In this document: piece by piece, positions 7,747 through 15,825 of the stretch
Layout of the letters: every line of letters begins with the position of its first letter
Numbering within the stretch: position 1 is the stretch's first letter
Source: a virus
Taxonomy: Duplodnaviria > Caudoviricetes
Strand: one strand, 5' to 3'
Length of the DNA stretch: 34,431 nt
IMG/VR virus record: IMGVR_UViG_3300011335_000220
Span: 1-34,431 of that record
Notes under the pieces: generated by a model
What the model saw: the letters and a program-made list of their open reading frames with translations, nothing else
The model's database searches: none
Told to the model about the DNA's origin: nothing
Position numbers and translations under genes: made by a program

Positions 7747-7929
7747 TTAGCCCACCTTGATGTGGCCTACGCCAGCAAGATAAGTTACCAGGCCGATAGC
7801 ACCAACTCCAACTATCCAAAAGAATTTAGTAACGACTGACCTACCGACAGAGGTATAGACATTCTCGATAACTCTTTCAGTTACCTTCTCAACGATATCC
7901 TCGATCTCTTTCTCTGTCAGGTTTGCCAT
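7747..7929 (-). CDS. Small membrane protein (lysis region)
   Basis: KFFWIVGVGAIGLVTYLAG transmembrane segment. Confidence 0.75.
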   Translation of the reverse strand: MANLTEKEIEDIVEKVTERVIENVYTSVGRSVVTKFFWIVGVGAIGLVTYLAGVGHIKVG

Positions 7930-7931
7930 GA

Positions 7932-8090
7932 TTACGCTTTCTTTCGTGCAGTTTTTTTAGCCACTACTTTCTTAGTTGCTGGTTTCTTTTTAGCAACAGT
8001 TGTAGTCGTTTTAGCAACAGGCGTTTCAGTAACCTCAACTTTAGGTTGAAAGCCAAACTTATCTAGTATCCAAGTAAATGTAAAGTTCAT
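7932..8090 (-). CDS. Lysine-rich peptide (52 aa, absent from the track)
   Basis: MNFTFTWILDKFGFQPK...VAKKKPATKKVVAKKTARKKA; fills the gap exactly; AGGA upstream. Confidence 0.75.
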   Translation of the reverse strand: MNFTFTWILDKFGFQPKVEVTETPVAKTTTTVAKKKPATKKVVAKKTARKKA

Positions 8091-8093
8091 AAT

Positions 8094-8411
8094 TTATCCT
8101 ATCAAAGATTTAACTTCAGCTTGGGTTAATCCAAGTGCAGTTAGTTTAGCTAGTGCAGAAGCCTTTGTATTTGTTTCAGCAGTTTGTTTTGCAATAATTG
8201 CCGCTTTTTTAGCATCATCAACTGTAACAACACCATTGTTTAATACCCAAGCATCAAAATAAGTAAAGTCTGTAGGCAAAATAGAAGAATCAACAATAAT
8301 TGCTTCTGCTGGACAATCTTTTGCTAACACTTCTTCAATAGATAATTCATCTGTTGGAAAACAAACTGAAACACCACTAATTGTATTTGTATAAATAATT
8401 ACTTGAGCCAT
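8094..8411 (-). CDS. Putative tail-fibre assembly/chaperone protein
   Basis: MAQVIIYTN...LAKDCP...YFDAW...KLTALGLT; AAGAG before ATG 8411; follows an adhesin-like gene. Confidence 0.65.
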   Translation of the reverse strand: MAQVIIYTNTISGVSVCFPTDELSIEEVLAKDCPAEAIIVDSSILPTDFTYFDAWVLNNGVVTVDDAKKAAIIAKQTAETNTKASALAKLTALGLTQAEVKSLIG

Positions 8412-8421
8412 AATATTCTCT

Positions 8422-8805
8422 TTAACTAAATACAGCCACATTAACCCATAATGGATTATTGACTGATGTTGTTATTCTTAAAGTAGTTGTTGTTGGGTCT
8501 TGTCCACCTGCTGATGTTGAATAAATATAAGGAAGATTACCAGCACTTGTGCTACCATTACTAGACATTGCAACAGCACAATAATTTGCATTTGCAAAAG
8601 CTGTTGTAAAGTTAATTGTATAAATTGTACTTGCTGTGTATGTAACAGATGAAACATTATAAGAGCCACGAATAGCTTGTCCTGAGCCGTTATAACTTAC
8701 CCATGCTTTACATAATTGACTTGTAGAACCAGTTAAACCGCCCTTAGTCTGTGTAGAACTATCGTTAAATGTAAGACCATCAGTCCCATCAATAATCATA
8801 CTCAT
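8422..8805 (-). CDS. Tail-fibre/adhesin-like module
   Basis: IIDGTDGLTFNDSSTQ N-terminus; CKAWVSYNG...SYNVSSV...YTINFTTAFANANY. Confidence 0.7.
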   Translation of the reverse strand: MSMIIDGTDGLTFNDSSTQTKGGLTGSTSQLCKAWVSYNGSGQAIRGSYNVSSVTYTASTIYTINFTTAFANANYCAVAMSSNGSTSAGNLPYIYSTSAGGQDPTTTTLRITTSVNNPLWVNVAVFS

Positions 8806-9416
8806 GCTTGCTCCTCAGCAGGAAGTGGTTGCATGGCTCGGTCAAGCGACCATCCAGCCTTTAATCGGCTTCGTAAAGTTGTTGGCTTCATATTTAATTC
8901 TCTTTCCCATTGTGAACGAGTTTGGCGTTTGCCATTCCACTCAATAAAAATATTGGCTCTTGTGTTATTAGCCTGTTGTTCTCTAGTTGCCCAGCGACAG
9001 TTATCTTTAGTGTAATTACCATTAACATCTATTCTATCAATACTCATGCCTTCAGGTACTTCACCCATATCAAGGTAAAAATTCTCAAAAGAATCCCAAC
9101 GCTCATCGTAGGTAATACCTCTGCAAGAGTAATCTTGGTTAATGCGGTTACAACGCAATCTCATAGCTTGCCAAATACTATATGTTCTAGTGTTGGTCAT
9201 ACCATGAGTTGTGCTTGCTTTAGCGATACGCTTAGTGTGTTCACATCCGCAAGACTTAACACTACCTTGAACCATATCGGATGCTCGAATCTCTTTTTGA
9301 GTTCCGCACTTGCATTGACATAGCCATACCGCACCATTGCCATGCGACTTCCCTAACTGCAATACAGTTAAAGAGCCGAAATGGAAGCCTTGAAGGAGAT
9401 TAAGCGGTTTGCTCAT
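8802..9416 (-). CDS. HNH-type homing endonuclease
   Basis: WLCQCKCG, KSCGC, THGM...YSIWQAMRLRC, SFENFYLDMG, SIDRIDVNGNY..NCRWAT..QANN; start 9416 preferred, 9440 possible. Confidence 0.88.
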   Translation of the reverse strand: MSKPLNLLQGFHFGSLTVLQLGKSHGNGAVWLCQCKCGTQKEIRASDMVQGSVKSCGCEHTKRIAKASTTHGMTNTRTYSIWQAMRLRCNRINQDYSCRGITYDERWDSFENFYLDMGEVPEGMSIDRIDVNGNYTKDNCRWATREQQANNTRANIFIEWNGKRQTRSQWERELNMKPTTLRSRLKAGWSLDRAMQPLPAEEQA

Positions 9417-9567
9417 TATCGTCTGCTGGTAGAACTGCACCGCCTTCAGCTTGGTACTTCAAAAAGGCTTGGTAGTCTGTGTTGGCTGGGTCGAATGGTA
9501 TGCAAAATCTACCTGATTCATTAGTTAAAATTATGCCATCGCCAAATTTATTTAATTGATATTCCAT
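9400..9567 (-). CDS. Small tail-fibre-associated protein (55 aa, absent from the track)
   Basis: MEYQLNK...IPFDPANTDYQAFLKYQAEGG; GGAG RBS; ATG immediately follows the upstream stop. Confidence 0.8.
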   Translation of the reverse strand: MEYQLNKFGDGIILTNESGRFCIPFDPANTDYQAFLKYQAEGGAVLPADDNEQTA

Positions 9568-10695
9568 TTATAACTCCGAAGATACAGAAATGTAAGAAGT
9601 ATTATCTGTAATATTCCAAATAGTGCCTTGACCAGATGTTCCTGTTGATGTTCCTGAGCCTGAGTAAAGCAAAGATGCTTCAAGTGAAGTATTAGCTGAA
9701 GCTGGAGTTCCAATAGTTCCTAAGAATGTTCCAGCCCTTTCAAAACCAAAACCAGAACCACTAAAAGAAATAGTAGGAGCAGACCGCATAACAACTGGAT
9801 TAAACAAAGTGCATCTAGCGTCTGTATTTGAATACATCATTCCAGCTCCAACTGTGGTATTTGCGGCTGAATATAAACCTAATTTTTTCCAGTAATAGCG
9901 TTGGCATAAAGCTAACTCTTGTCCATACTGACGATACTCAAAACCAGTAGCAGAACTACCTACTTCTAGTTGAACACCAGTAATGTAGAAAGTTGCTCCG
10001 TTTGTGCCTACTACGGATGTTGCACCTGTGGCGTTCATTGTGTTTGCACCAGCCCAAGCACCAGCAGTTCCGCTAAATGAAGAACCCATGCCTAAACCAA
10101 AATTAACTCGTATTGAGCCTGAGTTAGAAGCACCTACCCAAGTGCCACCTGTATCGCCAGCAACAGTTACGCTAATGGATGTCCAAGTGTTTGCAGAAGA
10201 TATTGTGTAAGTAAAAGGATAGCTTCTGTTTTGTGCGGCATTTTGAATTGCACCGCCAAAAGTTCCTGTCAATGAAGAATAAACTTGAAATGATAATGTA
10301 ACAGTTTTAGCGTTAGCTGTTCCCCATCCCAAATCATAAACATTAAATCCTTCAATTATTTGCATTACACCAAAATAATCAGAAGAGCCTACTGAATATG
10401 CTGATTGTGAAGTTAAACCAAGATAATTACTGAACCCTGCTGGTGGTGTAACCGAACCAGCGTTTTGTTGAATTGCAAATTTAGAAGCAACAGATTGAAA
10501 ATAAGCCCATCTATCTAATGTATATACATTGGTTGCAGTTGCAGAAGGAGTTGTAGATGCACCAGCATTTCTTTGGTCAATAACCATTGCCCCATTCTGA
10601 ATTCTATTCTTCATAATAGAAGCATTACCAGCCCCTAATATGCCGCCAGCAGTCGAGGTCGTTACTGTGTCAACGTTTAAGTTTCCAAATGGCAT
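9568..10695 (-). CDS. Tail-fibre/adhesin-like protein with a carbohydrate-binding-like beta domain
   Basis: KNRIQNGAMVIDQRN, LDRW, ITGVQLEVGSSATGFEYR..ELALCQRYY, MRSAPT. Confidence 0.75.
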   Translation of the reverse strand: MPFGNLNVDTVTTSTAGGILGAGNASIMKNRIQNGAMVIDQRNAGASTTPSATATNVYTLDRWAYFQSVASKFAIQQNAGSVTPPAGFSNYLGLTSQSAYSVGSSDYFGVMQIIEGFNVYDLGWGTANAKTVTLSFQVYSSLTGTFGGAIQNAAQNRSYPFTYTISSANTWTSISVTVAGDTGGTWVGASNSGSIRVNFGLGMGSSFSGTAGAWAGANTMNATGATSVVGTNGATFYITGVQLEVGSSATGFEYRQYGQELALCQRYYWKKLGLYSAANTTVGAGMMYSNTDARCTLFNPVVMRSAPTISFSGSGFGFERAGTFLGTIGTPASANTSLEASLLYSGSGTSTGTSGQGTIWNITDNTSYISVSSEL

Positions 10696-10853
10696 TATGC
10701 TAATTCCTCATCTGTTGGTTTAGCTAGTGTTGGGTGTTCCCACTTAGCTATGTACGCACCATCGCCATCATCTTGAAGTCGTATGCTACCCATAGCAAAA
10801 TCATAAGTTGATAACTCAGGGTATAAAGCAATAATTTTTTCAATTAAATTCAT
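10695..10853 (-). CDS. XkdW-like small tail-associated protein (52 aa, absent from the track)
   Basis: IIALYPEL...LQDDGDGAYIAKWEHPTLAKPTDEEL; TAATG coupling. Confidence 0.75.
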   Translation of the reverse strand: MNLIEKIIALYPELSTYDFAMGSIRLQDDGDGAYIAKWEHPTLAKPTDEELA

Positions 10854-10854
10854 A

Positions 10855-11394
10855 TTAAGTTCTCGCTAAATAACCACTCATTGATAACGCTGGGTTATCA
10901 ACAAAAGTTGGGCTTGTTCCATGATTAAATCCATATAACTCAATATAATCTGTTGTGCCATTCATATAAACTAAAGTGCTTACAACGGCAACACCTTGCG
11001 TAGCATTGTATGAACCCATGTAACTACCAACAGTTAATTCAGAACCATTTTTCCAAAAAGCTACAATAGCTCTAACTGTTGCAGTACCAGTAAAATACAA
11101 AGAACCATTAATTTGATAATATCCAGCTACATTAGGAGTAAAACGATAATTTGTTGTTGAATCAAAACAATTAGCGGTATCAAAATTTTCTGTATTTAAT
11201 TGAACTTTTGTCCATGTTTGTGATGTAACGCTTTGTTGACCGCCAGTTCCTCTATAAGCGCTAAACGCTGGCATATTACCGCTAACCATTACTGTGCCAG
11301 TAGCGGATGGTAGTGTATGCGTAAAGTTACTAGCCGTTGCTGGCTCGTTGATAGTGATTGAACCACCACCAGAAGAATTAAGAACAAGACTCAT
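10855..11394 (-). CDS. Tail-fibre/adhesin-like protein with a C1q/TNF-like domain
   Basis: PAFSAY...TKVQLNTENFDT..FD...RFTPNVAGYYQING...GTTDYIELY. Confidence 0.75.
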   Translation of the reverse strand: MSLVLNSSGGGSITINEPATASNFTHTLPSATGTVMVSGNMPAFSAYRGTGGQQSVTSQTWTKVQLNTENFDTANCFDSTTNYRFTPNVAGYYQINGSLYFTGTATVRAIVAFWKNGSELTVGSYMGSYNATQGVAVVSTLVYMNGTTDYIELYGFNHGTSPTFVDNPALSMSGYLART

Positions 11395-12896
11395 AATATG
11401 ACTAACCTTTCACCGCTAGGTACTGTTAAGCTGACACCGCTATTGACTGTAATTGGCCCTACGCAAGATGCTGACTTACCACTTGTCAGAGTGTAGTTTG
11501 TAGTTACTGTCCTAGAATTTTCTTGGAATACTGTATCGCCACCAGCGCCAGTTGCACCGCCACCTACTGAACTCCAGGCAGATCCATTGTAAATCTCAGC
11601 CGCTCCAGTTGTTGTGTTGTAACGCAGATATCCAGATAGAGGAGTGCCATCGCGCTGAGCAGTAGTACCTTTAGGCAATACAGCTGAACCAGTATCAGAA
11701 GTCTTGGCTACCTTATCTGAGTCTAATTCTTGCAAAGCAGTCTGTACATTAGTTGCCGCGATATTGCCAGCTGGAGTAACACTAATGCTAGATGCAACAC
11801 CTTGAACGTAAGCCGCTACCCAGGCCGATCCTGTATAGAGTCTCATAACTCCAGATACAGAATTGAAATAGAGAGAGCCAGCTAATAAAGCATTGCCATC
11901 ATTATCTAATGTTGGATCGCTTGTTTTGCTACCAAGATATCTGTCATCAAAATTATCGTATGCCGCCAGAGTTGCATCGCGAGCCGCCTCTGCCGCAGTC
12001 TTAGCATTGTTAGCTGAAGTTGCAGAGTTAGCCGCGTTAGTTTCGCTGGTAGATGCGTTACTTGCAGAAGTACTAGCCGCGCTTGCTGAACTAGCCGCAT
12101 TGGTAGCGTTAGTAGATGCGTTCTGAATTGCAGTAATATTTGTAGCGTTAGTATTTACAGCGGTAATATTAGTACCAACTGTATTTACATTATCAATATT
12201 TACAGCAACAGTATTGATCTCTGAGACTGGCTCTAGTAAGTCAGAGCCAACTGCGTTTACATTAGTTATGTTAGTAGCTACTGTCGTTACATTGCTAGAT
12301 ACTCCAGCTACGGTATTGATATTGCTTGTATTACTAGCAACAGTATTTACCGATGTAATATTTGCGGCAACTGTATTGATATTGGCTGATTGCTCAATGA
12401 CGGTAGTTACTGCATCAAGAGCTGGGCCAGCTACGGGATTACCCGTAGTTGAGTCAAACGCTAGCACTTTACCCTTACGGCCATCTTTGGCTGGCAGAGT
12501 CATCGCGATATCTGTTGGATCTGTTACTGGCGCCTTGAGTCCACGCTCTGCGGTCTCGGCTACTTGCTGAGAGAAGATAGTCAAGCTATCTAGGTCAGTA
12601 TTGATTGTGCTGGCGAATAGATCTCCACCAGTTGTATAGTCTGAAGTACGCTGGATGTTCTTAGCGCCTACAATAGTAATGTTGCTAGTACCAGCAGAAG
12701 TAACCAGGGTTACCGAGCCAGTACCATTAGCATTAATAGTTACTGTATAGTCTGTAGTAAGGGTAAGCAGAGTACTCGCTTTATATACTGCGATATCTGT
12801 TTGGTTGAGGATTTCAAAGGTAAACGCGTACGGGCCTGTGCCTGATGCGGCATAGACCACTCTACGGGGTACATTCGATATCGCGTAATCTGCCAT
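11391..12896 (-). CDS. Tail fibre protein
   Basis: T7 gp17-like N-terminus (GPYAFTFEIL, LTTDYTV, NTDLDSLT); approximately 10-residue xNTVAxN repeats; Ala/Ser-rich stalk. Confidence 0.85.
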   Translation of the reverse strand: MADYAISNVPRRVVYAASGTGPYAFTFEILNQTDIAVYKASTLLTLTTDYTVTINANGTGSVTLVTSAGTSNITIVGAKNIQRTSDYTTGGDLFASTINTDLDSLTIFSQQVAETAERGLKAPVTDPTDIAMTLPAKDGRKGKVLAFDSTTGNPVAGPALDAVTTVIEQSANINTVAANITSVNTVASNTSNINTVAGVSSNVTTVATNITNVNAVGSDLLEPVSEINTVAVNIDNVNTVGTNITAVNTNATNITAIQNASTNATNAASSASAASTSASNASTSETNAANSATSANNAKTAAEAARDATLAAYDNFDDRYLGSKTSDPTLDNDGNALLAGSLYFNSVSGVMRLYTGSAWVAAYVQGVASSISVTPAGNIAATNVQTALQELDSDKVAKTSDTGSAVLPKGTTAQRDGTPLSGYLRYNTTTGAAEIYNGSAWSSVGGGATGAGGDTVFQENSRTVTTNYTLTSGKSASCVGPITVNSGVSLTVPSGERLVIL

Positions 12897-12945
12897 AATA
12901 TTTTTCCTAACTTAGTCCGAATCTAGCTGAGTTTGTCTTAAAAAT

Positions 12946-15825
12946 CTATCTTTTATATTTGCCGTATTCGCGGCGAGCTTCTTTAACTTCCATCAATGCA
13001 TCTGATAAATCTAGATCTTCCATAATCAAGCGATCCTTTGCCTGAGAATATGTTTCAGATATCTCTTTTGCAATGACTGCCTGTGCCATCCCTAAATCCT
13101 TAGCCGCAGTACTGTATAGATTTTTGCCTAAAGCAACAATACCTTTTTCTAATTTTCCGTCACCAGTTGCCAATTCAATCCAGCGGTTGTACTGAGACGC
13201 GCTTAATTCAACGCCCTCAATAGACTTATCTGGTATATACATTGGTACGCCATATTCAACTAATGTGGCATGGGCTGGTGAGAACTTACCATCTGAGGTT
13301 TTAAATGGGCTAACAAATTCATATAAATTACCCTTGCCAACCTTCATTGCCTCGCCTGTAATTGGATCTAACTGGCGTGGTAAGTTATCTGAAGTCAATG
13401 GGTTACGGGATTTGTAGTAGTTAACTGCCTCCCAGAATCCACGACTTGCTGGCTCTGTTGCGCTTAATGCCATAGTGCTTGGCATAATATTGGATTTAGT
13501 AGGATCCATCATACGCTCTATACCAGCTACAAAAGAACTATGAACTCCTAGTGGGGATCCACCAATAGCTAACTCAGATCCCTGTCTAACTACCTTTTTA
13601 ATCAAATCAGCAAAGATGCCAGGAGCATCTTTTTTACCTGATGTAAACACCTTAGTAATATCACTAAAGCCTTTAAGCATAGGCTGATCTGCAAGATATT
13701 GATATACGCCTAATGCCGCACCCATAGCAATCTTTTCTGTATCAGATCCACCAGGAGTCATCATTGTGTATTCACCAGTTGTAGATGCAATAGCAAGCAA
13801 TGTGGCCAATGGTTCCATACCAGCATAAGATACATAGACCTTATCGCCTGTACTCTTAACAGTAGTCATACTTTCTAATTGAGCCAAAGTCTCTGGGCTA
13901 ACATCAGCTTTATCAAATACCGCAGAGAATTGTTGCCAGCCTGTTCCTTCGAGCGCTTTCTTATCTTCTGTACGCATGGGGCCATAGCCTGTCAACTTGC
14001 CTTCTAAAGCATAAGATCCAGCCGCATATACCATTGATCCACCTAGAGTGACACGCGCTAAGGCCTGATCCCTACGGATGCCACCAGCGTTGTAGTCACC
14101 CCAAAATCTTGGGCTTGCAAAGTTAAGACCTGGCGTACGAGAGATAGCCTCCAAAGCAATATTTGTAGGTGTCTTAATAAACGGCACAAACATTTTAATG
14201 ATTGGATTTTGACCGGCTCTCTGTAAGCCTTGTAATGCTGGCTCTAGTTCACGAGTAAAGGTTACTGTGCGAGATACGCTCTTGGCCGCATCATCAATAT
14301 CTGCGGTTGGATTTGCCAATAATTCAGCAACCATATCAGATGATTGTTTAGATGCTACATCAGGAGTAATGCCAGCTTTAACTAGGTTTGCGTACATCCG
14401 ATCGCCCTCGCGTACTGCCAGAGCGTTTAATTCCATACGATAACCTACGGCCTTAAAGAACTCATCCTCTGCCATCAGGGCGCGTCCAGGTAATGTGACG
14501 AACTTACCCCAATAACGCAATGCATTGCTAGTGGCCTTGCCAGTAGCTGAGTCACCAAAGTCAATATCAAACTCTTCGCGCCCAGCACGACTTGCCTCAA
14601 TCTTTGAGAATGGATCTGTAGGTGCATTCTTTACAAATGCCGTACCAGCAATATCTGCACCTTCACGAATACCTTGTAAGAATCCTACGGCCTGAGCATA
14701 TACCTCGTTTGTAGAGATAGCTTGTTCGCCACCCTTAAACATAAAGTTACGAGCATTGCCAATAGCTGATGCAACCGCACGCTCTGGGATCTGATACGCG
14801 CCAAAAAATAAGTTACCGGCCACATTCTTTGCGTGTGTAACTGGGCTAGACAACAGACCATTAATCCATGTGCTATACCAGATATCCTTAACAGTACCGC
14901 TGATAGTCTTTTCTGACAGGGTTGCGCGAGCGCTACGAGAATCAAGAGCGGTGTACTTGTTAGCTAGATCGTGTACAGAATCAATACCGCCAGCTTCGGT
15001 CAAGATACCCTCTAACATTGCGCCGCGAGAAGTGGTTGATTCGCGAGCCTGGGCAAAGATACCAAGGGTACGAGCGATGTCTGCTTGACGGCCGCGAGCG
15101 GCTTTAAGCAATACACCCTCTAAGGCTACGGCCTGTTGAAAACTAGATGCCAATTCTGGTGTTAGTTCACCGGCATTTTTTGCCGCTTTAACTTGTTCGC
15201 CTAAATCAAATGCACGCTTACCAGCATCGGTAATAGCCAAGAGCATCTTGTATGCATTGCCAGCATTAGCCTCTGTGATCTGAGTAGGGTCTACTAAACG
15301 AGCTAAAAAAGCCTCATCATATCCTTCATCAATTGCTTTGGCCGCAATCTCTTTGTAGCTAACACGCTCTAACTTATCAGCGCCATAAGTCTTAGCGGTT
15401 GCCTCAATAAATTGTTTAACGCCATCCTCATCCTTAATCATGTCAAGGTTGAATGATGTCTCTGGTACACCAGCCCTAACCTCAGCAGTAGATAATGAGG
15501 GTTTACCCGTAGTAGGCATTAATGGGGCAGTCTCTAATACTGTCTGAGCAGTCTCTGGTGTAGCCTCTTTAATAACCTGATATGGGCCTACTTTGCCTGT
15601 TTCTGTACCGCTGGGTAGGATAGGTCTTTCTGTGCGCTTAGGAGCCTCTTTAACGGCCTTCCTGAGCATTGATGTAAAGCCAGCTACCTGAGTAGGTTCA
15701 AACTGTAATGGCTGATCTGTTAGCGTTGTTGGCTCTACTTGTTCTGTGCCAACTGGCAACTCTGCCACAGTCTTATCTGCACCAGATAAATCATCCAGGC
15801 GCTCGGTTAGTGGTTTCATTGCCAT
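12946..15825 (-). CDS. Large internal virion (ejection) protein
   Basis: 959 aa, helical, located between tail tube and fibre genes; NGLLSSPVTH, EDEFFK, PFIKTPTN. Confidence 0.75.
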   Translation of the reverse strand: MAMKPLTERLDDLSGADKTVAELPVGTEQVEPTTLTDQPLQFEPTQVAGFTSMLRKAVKEAPKRTERPILPSGTETGKVGPYQVIKEATPETAQTVLETAPLMPTTGKPSLSTAEVRAGVPETSFNLDMIKDEDGVKQFIEATAKTYGADKLERVSYKEIAAKAIDEGYDEAFLARLVDPTQITEANAGNAYKMLLAITDAGKRAFDLGEQVKAAKNAGELTPELASSFQQAVALEGVLLKAARGRQADIARTLGIFAQARESTTSRGAMLEGILTEAGGIDSVHDLANKYTALDSRSARATLSEKTISGTVKDIWYSTWINGLLSSPVTHAKNVAGNLFFGAYQIPERAVASAIGNARNFMFKGGEQAISTNEVYAQAVGFLQGIREGADIAGTAFVKNAPTDPFSKIEASRAGREEFDIDFGDSATGKATSNALRYWGKFVTLPGRALMAEDEFFKAVGYRMELNALAVREGDRMYANLVKAGITPDVASKQSSDMVAELLANPTADIDDAAKSVSRTVTFTRELEPALQGLQRAGQNPIIKMFVPFIKTPTNIALEAISRTPGLNFASPRFWGDYNAGGIRRDQALARVTLGGSMVYAAGSYALEGKLTGYGPMRTEDKKALEGTGWQQFSAVFDKADVSPETLAQLESMTTVKSTGDKVYVSYAGMEPLATLLAIASTTGEYTMMTPGGSDTEKIAMGAALGVYQYLADQPMLKGFSDITKVFTSGKKDAPGIFADLIKKVVRQGSELAIGGSPLGVHSSFVAGIERMMDPTKSNIMPSTMALSATEPASRGFWEAVNYYKSRNPLTSDNLPRQLDPITGEAMKVGKGNLYEFVSPFKTSDGKFSPAHATLVEYGVPMYIPDKSIEGVELSASQYNRWIELATGDGKLEKGIVALGKNLYSTAAKDLGMAQAVIAKEISETYSQAKDRLIMEDLDLSDALMEVKEARREYGKYKR

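Noticed and set aside
8802-9416. Group I intron around the HNH gene
   Set aside because: The ORF overlaps both neighbours, leaving no room for a ribozyme core.
11980-12400. Repetitive DNA as CRISPR or tandem array
   Set aside because: Degenerate coding repeats of the tail-fibre stalk.
8094-12896. Diversity-generating retroelement or shufflon in the tail region
   Set aside because: No reverse transcriptase, no template/variable repeat pair seen, and all modules are co-oriented.
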